32,000 nucleotides of DNA from contig JBIIEM010000001.1 in NCBI GenBank assembly GCA_044237855.1, positions 9,828 through 41,827 of the forward strand. Reading direction: 5' to 3'. Below the pieces are notes generated by a model. It searched no databases. It worked only from the letters and a program-made list of their open reading frames with translations, and was not told the DNA's origin. A program made the position numbers and the translations under genes. Shown here one piece after another: positions 26,386 through 32,000 of the stretch (the stretch's first letter is position 1; every line of letters begins with the position of its first letter). This DNA comes from Chthoniobacteraceae bacterium (GTDB lineage Bacteria > Verrucomicrobiota > Verrucomicrobiia > Chthoniobacterales > Chthoniobacteraceae).

Positions 26386-27177
26386 CTATCGGGGAGTGAG
26401 GGGGTATGGTCTCTTCGGGTTCAGCCGCGCGCCGATTTCCTCCAGCGCCACTTTCAAATCTGCCCCGGCCTCTGATGTCTTTCCAAGACCGTTGAATGCG
26501 CGCGCTCGGCGGATGAGCCACGAACTCTTGATGCGCGAGTCCTGCAATTCCGGCTCGATGACTTTCAGCGCCGCGGCAAACTGCCCGGCGTCAATCAACG
26601 CCTCCACCCGTTCGATCCCGAGCACGCCGGCGCCGGTCTCCGCAATCCCCTCGTCCAGTCCCGCGACACGTTCCTTGTGCGCCTTGAGGCGGCGCTGGAT
26701 GTCGCTGCGCATGAGATACCACTCGGGGTTCTGGCGGTGCAATTTCAGCGCGGCGTCGCAATCCTCGAGCGCCTTCCTGTTTTCGTTCTGTGAAAGGAGG
26801 ATTTCCGCCCTGAGCATCCGCAGCGAAGCAATATCCGCCGGCTCCTCCGTCTTGAGCGCAAGCCCGCGTGCGACAGTCGCCATGGCGTCCGAGGGCTTGC
26901 CGCCAAGAAAAAGAACGCGCGCGAGTTCGCGCTGGATCCCCACCGATCCCGGAGCAAGCGCAGCGGCCCGCTCCAGATCCTTCGTGGCTTCCGGGATCTT
27001 GCCGAGGACACGGTATTCGACCGCGCGCTCCGAGAGCAGATCCGCGGTAACGCCGGTCTTGTTCATCCGCTCGGTGAGTTCCTCGATTTCGTGCTCCGGG
27101 CCCTCGTGCGCGATGGCTGCAAAGGGAGCGATGCAACCAAGCGCGGCGAGCCAGAGATGGACGGCGGCGGGGCGCAT
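26386..27177 (-). CDS. Secreted tetratricopeptide (TPR) repeat protein
   Basis: Signal peptide MRPAAVHLWLAALGCIAPFAAIAHE. Repeated A-x-x-D-L/F-x-x-A-L helix pairs (KDLERAAALAP, EDCDAALKLHRQNPEWY, EAGADLKVALE). Its ATG overlaps the stop of the upstream gene by 1 nt. Confidence 0.8.
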   Translation of the reverse strand: MRPAAVHLWLAALGCIAPFAAIAHEGPEHEIEELTERMNKTGVTADLLSERAVEYRVLGKIPEATKDLERAAALAPGSVGIQRELARVLFLGGKPSDAMATVARGLALKTEEPADIASLRMLRAEILLSQNENRKALEDCDAALKLHRQNPEWYLMRSDIQRRLKAHKERVAGLDEGIAETGAGVLGIERVEALIDAGQFAAALKVIEPELQDSRIKSSWLIRRARAFNGLGKTSEAGADLKVALEEIGARLNPKRPYPLTPR

Positions 27178-29195
27178 CAGTCCTTGATGACGAGCGTGGG
27201 GCTCAGAAGAAAATCCGCACGGTCCGCGCTGCTGGCATGGCCCTCGATGGCGAGCACGTTGACGCCGTCCTTGAGATACCTTTTCGGGTCCGGGAGCACG
27301 AAGTACTGGCTGCCCTTCTGCTCGCGCGCCTTCACGTTTTGCGCACTGCGCCCGCTGCTGCGCGCAACGCCGCTGCGCGCGACTTCCCTGCCGTTGATGT
27401 ACGCGATGAACCCGTCGCTGAAATCAATCTGCAAGCCCATCTCCGTGATGCGATCCACCTGCGCGATCTCGAACTCCCTCCGCGCGTAGAGCACCGTGTG
27501 CGTGCCCCGCATCCCGCGCACATCCGTGCGAAAAACCGCCTTCCCGTGGCCAAACGCCGCCGCCCCGGTCTTCCAGCCATCGGCTGCGAATCCCGCCTGC
27601 GTCCAATCCTTCCCCCGCACCGGCAGCTCAAAGGTGTATCGCCACTCAGCGCCCAGCGGCACGACGGCCTTGTGACCCACCGTGGGGGCGGCGGCGACTC
27701 TCACGGGGCTTGCTGGCTTCTTGTACTCCGGCGGCATCCAGGGCAGCGCGATCCGCACGGGCGTCACGCTGCCGCGCTTGACGATGCTAAAAATGTCCGA
27801 CTGCACGCCTTCGCGATTGATCATCCGGGCGGTGAGCGTGTCGCCTTTCACATCCACCAACACCGAGCCGTGCTCGAGCACGATGCTGCGCATCACCGGC
27901 ATCGAGCCATTGCGCCCGAGCGTCTGGCCCGCGTTCCCGGCCACCACCTGCACCGTGCCCTCGTGCGCCTTGATGCCCTTGCTCTTGCGATACGCTCCGT
28001 CGCCAGCCGGGTCGCCGTCTCCGTCATCGAGGATCGCATTGTCCGAGACCGTCGGCGTGCCGTAGGCGCCATCCATCAGCATCGAGCGCTCGTAAATATG
28101 CGAGTGCCCCGTGAGCACCAGATCCACCCCGCCCGCCTCAATGATGGGCATGATGAGATTCCGCATCTCCGTGAGGTCGGCCTCCTTGTCGCTGTCGTGG
28201 CTGCCCTTCGTGTAGGGCGGATGATGCCAGAACGCGACGAGCCAGTCAGCCTTCGTCTTTTCGAGATCCGCCTTGAGCCAGTTCGCCATCGGGTCGCCCG
28301 GCTTGCGGCTGAGGTCGTGTGAATCGAGGCAGATGAAATGGACGTTCGCGTAATCGAACGAATAATACGCCTCCGTGCCCGATGCCACGCCGCCCGTCTC
28401 GCCGCGCGTCGGCACCACATACGCATCGTAATACGGCCCGATCCCCGTCTTCCCGCTCGACGTCGCGCCCTCGTGATTTCCCATCGCCGGCCAGCAGACC
28501 TTGTTGCGCAGCGTGCGCTCGTACATTTCAAAAAACCGCGTCTGAAACTCCACGTCGCGCCCCGTGTTGTAAGCCATGTCCCCCACATGCAGCCAGAAAT
28601 CCAGCGGCTGCTTCTCCGCCGCCACCGTCCTCAGCATCGCCTCGTGCACCGCAACCTGCGGCGCCCGCCCCGTGCCGCTGTCGCCGATCACCCAGAATCT
28701 CACCGGCCGCTCGATGCCCGGCTTTGGATGGGTGGAAAACTGATAGGACGCATCCTCCGGCGTCAGCCGCTTCGCGCCGTCAAACACCGCGTAATAGTAA
28801 GTGGTCCCCGGCTCCAGATCCTTGAGCTTCGCCTCGTATTGAAACGTCCCCACCGGCGCAGAGTGTAACTTGGGAAGAGCCAGATTCCATGGCGTCATCA
28901 GCGCCTCCCATCCCGGCGCCACCGGCTGCGACTTCGCTCCCAGCGACGCCCGCACCACGATCCCGCCGGCGCGCACCTCTTTGTCGAACCGGCCCGGCTC
29001 TTTCCCAAAACGCACCACAGGCTCGATCGGCCCCTGCGTCCGCCAGACCACGTGCATCAGCGTCGGGCTGGCAAATTGCAAATACGGCGTGCGGGAAAAT
29101 GGCTCGGGTGGATTCGCCGCATGCGCACCCAGCGCCAGCACAACCGCGAGCACCGGCGCACAGTGCCCGCGTGAGATTGTTTTCCAAAGTGACAT
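27177..29195 (-). CDS. Secreted metallophosphoesterase of the purple-acid-phosphatase type with a C-terminal beta-sandwich-like domain
   Basis: Trimmed to ATG 29193-29195 (MSLWKTISRGHCAPVLAVVLALGAHA signal peptide). The five PAP motifs are VIGDSGTG, HVGDMAYN, AMGNHEG, AFWHHPPY and LTGHSHIYERS. The C-terminal part (WRYTF ... GFIAYINGREVARS ... NVLAIEGH) resembles the lamin-tail/CotH-associated domain pattern. Confidence 0.85.
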   Translation of the reverse strand: MSLWKTISRGHCAPVLAVVLALGAHAANPPEPFSRTPYLQFASPTLMHVVWRTQGPIEPVVRFGKEPGRFDKEVRAGGIVVRASLGAKSQPVAPGWEALMTPWNLALPKLHSAPVGTFQYEAKLKDLEPGTTYYYAVFDGAKRLTPEDASYQFSTHPKPGIERPVRFWVIGDSGTGRAPQVAVHEAMLRTVAAEKQPLDFWLHVGDMAYNTGRDVEFQTRFFEMYERTLRNKVCWPAMGNHEGATSSGKTGIGPYYDAYVVPTRGETGGVASGTEAYYSFDYANVHFICLDSHDLSRKPGDPMANWLKADLEKTKADWLVAFWHHPPYTKGSHDSDKEADLTEMRNLIMPIIEAGGVDLVLTGHSHIYERSMLMDGAYGTPTVSDNAILDDGDGDPAGDGAYRKSKGIKAHEGTVQVVAGNAGQTLGRNGSMPVMRSIVLEHGSVLVDVKGDTLTARMINREGVQSDIFSIVKRGSVTPVRIALPWMPPEYKKPASPVRVAAAPTVGHKAVVPLGAEWRYTFELPVRGKDWTQAGFAADGWKTGAAAFGHGKAVFRTDVRGMRGTHTVLYARREFEIAQVDRITEMGLQIDFSDGFIAYINGREVARSGVARSSGRSAQNVKAREQKGSQYFVLPDPKRYLKDGVNVLAIEGHASSADRADFLLSPTLVIKD

Positions 29196-29309
29196 CCCCG
29201 CAATCCTAGTGGACGCTGGGCGGCAGAGTCCACGCTTAAGGACTCGATGCGCGCTGTTCAAGAGGCCCCGCTCAGCCCATCGCTGAATAAAGCGTTCCAA
29301 AACCCGTGG

Positions 29310-30515
29310 TTATTGGTGTGCTGCGGCTTGCGCTGGCGCGGCGTGCAAGGAGCCCGCAGGGCGACTGGAACGCCGCGCCAGCGCAAAGATTTTCCGCAGC
29401 CGCCGCTCCTTCTCCTCGACTAGGGCCATCGGGGCGAGCCCGGCTTGCATTTCTCTCAACTCACGCCGCCGCGCGCGGGGGCATTGGGGCCACGCCAGCA
29501 GGCGCGCGCACGCGGTCTGGGCTGGATGGTAGCGCTTGATATAGCGGCTGCCTTGCTTGCTCTTTTCTTTGAGTTGCAAGGACGGACAGAAGTAGTTTTG
29601 CAGCGGACTCCACACCTCCGCGTAGAGCGCGTTGATGGGTTCGAGCAGCTCTGCGATCTCCAGCCGCTCGTAGCCCAGAAGCTGCCGCGCGTGGCTCCAG
29701 TTCTTTTGCTCCACGTGCGCGTTGTCGTTCTTGTGGTAGGGCCGCGAGCGCAGGAATCGCACGGGCTCTTTGCGCTCGGCAAAATACCGCCACAGGTGGT
29801 GGTTGATGAATTCACCGCCGTTGTCGCTGTCAAAACCCAGCAGCACAAAGGGCAGCGCCGCCTCGACCTCCCGCGTGCGCTCCACTACACCTGCCGCTCC
29901 GCGGTTCCAGAGGCCGCGGCTCTCGGTCCACTGGCTGAAGATGTCCGTGTAGGTCACGCTCCAGATGAACTCCCCCGCCAGGCTGCCCCCGCAATGCGCC
30001 ACCGTGTCGGCCTCCATCCAGCCGGGGTGATCCACCGCCCACGCCTCGTTGTGAATGGGGATCATCGTGCGCAGCAGGCTCCCGGGTTTGGTGCCGCCCA
30101 TCGCGCGCCGCGGCGCCTCCATGCGTGCCGGCTCCAGCAGCCGGTCCAGCGTCGCCGGGCTGGCCGCGAGCACCTTGCGCCGCAGCCGCACCGGCAGCCG
30201 TCCTTCGCGACGCTCATAATACGGCAGCCAGAGTTCCAGCGCCGGGGCCAGCCGCTTGCCGCAGAGCTGCTCGCTCGCCAGCCACAGCGCCTTGACAACG
30301 CGCAGCACCTCCTCGCCATACACACGCTGCGGCCCGGGCTTGGGCCGCCCGCTGGCCAACGGCAGCTTCGCCCTCAGCAGTTTGATCGCGTGTTTGCGGC
30401 TGTAGCCGAACTGCTCGCACACCTCATCCAGCATCCGGCTGCGCCCTTGCCGCCCCCGCCGCTCATAACGTTCCCTCCATTTGGGCAGCAGTTCCGCACT
30501 CATCATCCGGCTCAT
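29310..30515 (-). CDS. DDE transposase with an integrase-core (rve) domain (IS481/ISNCY-like; family not resolved)
   Basis: Trimmed to ATG 30513-30515 (MSRMMSAELLPKW). N-terminal HTH-like MLDEVCEQFGYSRKHAIKLL. The catalytic pattern is MEADTVAH ... LGFDSDNGGEFIN ... KNDNAHVEQKN. The element ends could not be identified. Confidence 0.85.
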   Translation of the reverse strand: MSRMMSAELLPKWRERYERRGRQGRSRMLDEVCEQFGYSRKHAIKLLRAKLPLASGRPKPGPQRVYGEEVLRVVKALWLASEQLCGKRLAPALELWLPYYERREGRLPVRLRRKVLAASPATLDRLLEPARMEAPRRAMGGTKPGSLLRTMIPIHNEAWAVDHPGWMEADTVAHCGGSLAGEFIWSVTYTDIFSQWTESRGLWNRGAAGVVERTREVEAALPFVLLGFDSDNGGEFINHHLWRYFAERKEPVRFLRSRPYHKNDNAHVEQKNWSHARQLLGYERLEIAELLEPINALYAEVWSPLQNYFCPSLQLKEKSKQGSRYIKRYHPAQTACARLLAWPQCPRARRRELREMQAGLAPMALVEEKERRLRKIFALARRSSRPAGSLHAAPAQAAAHQ

Positions 30516-30820
30516 TTTCACCCCCCCCCTTCCCGGTGTCTTTCTTCCGTGAGTCAACGACTCCTTTTTCCACTCCTCCTCTCCCACGCCCCGGTGTCAT
30601 TTTATTTGAGGCAACTCGCACCCCGTAAATCACACCGATTCTTGCTTGCCAGCCGCCGCGCTTCTGCACAATTTCCGCCCCGTCGTTAGACAGCCGGGCA
30701 GTCCTTGCAGTCGCCGGAGCAGCATAAGTGTGCGGCTCGGGCGTTTTTGCCAAGTGTCAGTTCAGCGCCTCTCCAGAGTCGCATGTCGGTCTGCGGCAAA
30801 AACAAAAGTAACAGTAATCC

Positions 30821-31264
30821 ATGAACAACAAATTGTTTGTCGGCAACCTCGCCTGGGCAACCACCGAGGGAGCCATTGAAGAAGCCTGTGCCGCATCCGG
30901 CACCGTCACCGAATGCAGCCTCATGCTCGACCGCGCAACCGGTCGTTCGCGCGGCTTCGCATTCGTCACGATGTCCTCGGAAGAGGAAGCGAATCGCGTC
31001 ATCGAAGCCATCAACGGCAAGGAAGTGGACGGCCGCAAGTGGCAGGTCAACATCGCCCGCCCGAAAGAAGACCGCCCTCCGCGTTCTTTCGACGGACCTC
31101 CGCGCGGTGACCGTGGCGGCTACGGTGATCGTGGCGGCGGCGGCGGCGGCGGACGCCGTCCCGATCGCGGCGGCGGCGGCGGTGGCTATCGCGGCGGTGG
31201 CGGTGGTGGCTATGGCGGCGGCGCCGCTGGTGGCGGTGGCGGCGGTGGCCGCGATCGTTACTAG
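30821..31264 (+). CDS. RRM-type RNA-binding protein with a Gly/Arg-rich C-terminal tail
   Basis: RNP-2 is KLFVGNL and RNP-1 is RGFAFVTM. The tail is GGYGDRGGGGGGGRRPDRGGGGGGYRGGGGGGYGGG, encoded by a GGC/GGT-rich tract (about 31106-31255). Confidence 0.9.
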   Translation: MNNKLFVGNLAWATTEGAIEEACAASGTVTECSLMLDRATGRSRGFAFVTMSSEEEANRVIEAINGKEVDGRKWQVNIARPKEDRPPRSFDGPPRGDRGGYGDRGGGGGGGRRPDRGGGGGGYRGGGGGGYGGGAAGGGGGGGRDRY

Positions 31265-31378
31265 TCCGGCTCACACGCATTCGCAAAAAGTGCGGCGAAA
31301 CACGCCGCGCTCTGCATCACATTTCCCGCGGGATGACACTTCCCGCGCAGGGTCTTTGGGCCCTGAAACCTCATCAGA

Positions 31379-31417
31379 CGACGGGCAGGACGCAATGCGC
31401 CTGCCCGTCGTTTTGTT
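31379..31417 (+). terminator. Rho-independent terminator downstream of the RRM protein gene
   Basis: Perfect 11-bp GC-rich stem cgacgggcagg (31379-31389) / cctgcccgtcg (31400-31410), a 10-nt loop, then TTTTGTT (31411-31417). Confidence 0.7.
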
Positions 31418-31473
31418 GCGCACGCAAATGCACAGCGCGAGGCTCCACGATTTCCGATTGAAGGCCAGGGCTG

Positions 31474-31734
31474 ACGCATCAAAATGACGCTGGCGAGCGA
31501 CGGGGACTCCCGGGTGGAGCACGCGACTCGCGTGCTGTTTCCGGTGACTCGCTGGAAACACCTCGTGGCGTCCGAGGAAACACACAGGATTTCCGAATCT
31601 GCGCGTCTTCAAATCTGTATGCCGCTCACAAACACATGAACATCGGGCGTCTGCGGCGAGTCGCCGCAGACAGCACGCGAGTCGCGTGCTCCACCCGAAA
31701 GCTTCCGCTCACCGCTGTCGCGATTTTGATGCGT
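31474..31734. repeat. 261-bp imperfect palindromic element (MITE/REP-like) containing four GA(C/G)TC-centred sub-palindromes
   Basis: The outer inverted repeat is acgcatcaaaat (31474-31485) / attttgatgcgt (31723-31734). The perfect 28-bp inner inverted repeat is cgggtggagcacgcgactcgcgtgctgt (31511-31538) / its exact reverse complement at 31670-31697. Each inner arm is itself a 19-nt palindrome. A further palindrome is ctgcggcgagtcgccgcag (31651-31669), with a degenerate mirror partner at about 31538-31558. Confidence 0.85.
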
Positions 31735-31935
31735 GAACATTGGGTACAAGGCAGCCCCGGCTTTGCCGCCGACCACGGACATGCCAAAATGCCGCGATTC
31801 CATCACGCCCTTGGAAACCCGCCCTGCCCGGTCCGCATTGCGCCATCCACTGCGACGTCTCCATATTCCGCGCGGCCACACTTTTTAATCCACAATGCGT
31901 TAGGCGACAAAGCGAATCACACGCGCAGTGGGGGA

Positions 31936-32000
31936 AGTGCTCAGTGCCCAGTGCCCAGTGCTCAATGCTCAGTGCCCAGTTCTCAGTTCTCAGTTCTCAG
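31936..32000. repeat. Tandem 7-bp repeat array (AGTGCYC / AGTTCTC), at least 9 units, running off the right edge
   Basis: agtgctc agtgccc agtgccc agtgctc aatgctc agtgccc agttctc agttctc agttctc ag, read directly from 31936 onward. Confidence 0.9.

Noticed and set aside
31636-32000. Unlisted plus-strand ORF open to the right edge (MNIGRLRRVAADSTRVACSTRK... ending in SAQCPVPSAQCSVPSSQFSVL).
   Set aside because: It runs through the palindromic element and the heptamer array, so its sequence is dictated by repeats. No motifs are present and it is most likely non-coding.
1-32000. Defence systems, toxin-antitoxin pairs, retrons or DGRs, prophage or secretion-system modules.
   Set aside because: No reverse transcriptase, nuclease/ATPase pair, small adjacent toxin/antitoxin ORFs, phage structural genes or template/variable repeat pairs could be recognised. 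Apart from a few hypothetical proteins and ambiguous gaps, the sizeable genes have ordinary metabolic, glycan or transposase assignments.

Overview
This is a bacterial chromosomal window with uneven GC content: single 60-nt lines I counted by hand range from about 48% to 70%. The core (about 3.0-20.8 kb) is a cell-surface glycan biosynthesis and decoration locus. It holds four glycosyltransferases (one divergent GT-B type, two GT4-like, one GT9/heptosyltransferase-like), six predicted SAM-dependent methyltransferases (one with a decayed 3' end), two acyltransferase-3 family membrane O-acyltransferases, a NodB-type polysaccharide deacetylase and a DUF218/YdcF protein. No Wzx/Wzy/ABC exporter or priming transferase is visible inside the window. 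Mobile DNA splits the locus at its central divergent promoter region (13.99-16.79 kb). The insert is a 1339-bp IS3-family element with 44-bp terminal inverted repeats and a 3-bp GAA target duplication, and its transposase reading frame is altered in two places. It appears to sit inside an older, heavily decayed transposase remnant. Downstream (20.8-29.2 kb, mostly minus strand) lie a secreted right-handed beta-helix protein, an SH3-like lipoprotein, an NAD-dependent sugar epimerase, ribokinase, a VOC/glyoxalase-fold protein, a TPR protein and a purple-acid-phosphatase-type metallophosphoesterase. These are followed by a second (rve/DDE) transposase, an RRM-type glycine-rich RNA-binding protein with a clear intrinsic terminator, and repeat-rich non-coding DNA. 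A minus-strand gene of at least 367 codons at the left edge (1-1101) is missing from the supplied ORF track because it has no stop inside the window. Several intergenic regions carry long imperfect palindromes or short-period tandem arrays (2745-2903, 9754-9865, 31474-31734, 31936-32000). I found no rRNA, tRNA, CRISPR array or recognisable defence/toxin system. The strongest system-level signal I can support is the methyltransferase- and acyltransferase-dense glycan locus and its disruption by insertion sequences, not a clearly novel system. All family calls rest on motif recognition by eye and need HMM or BLAST confirmation.
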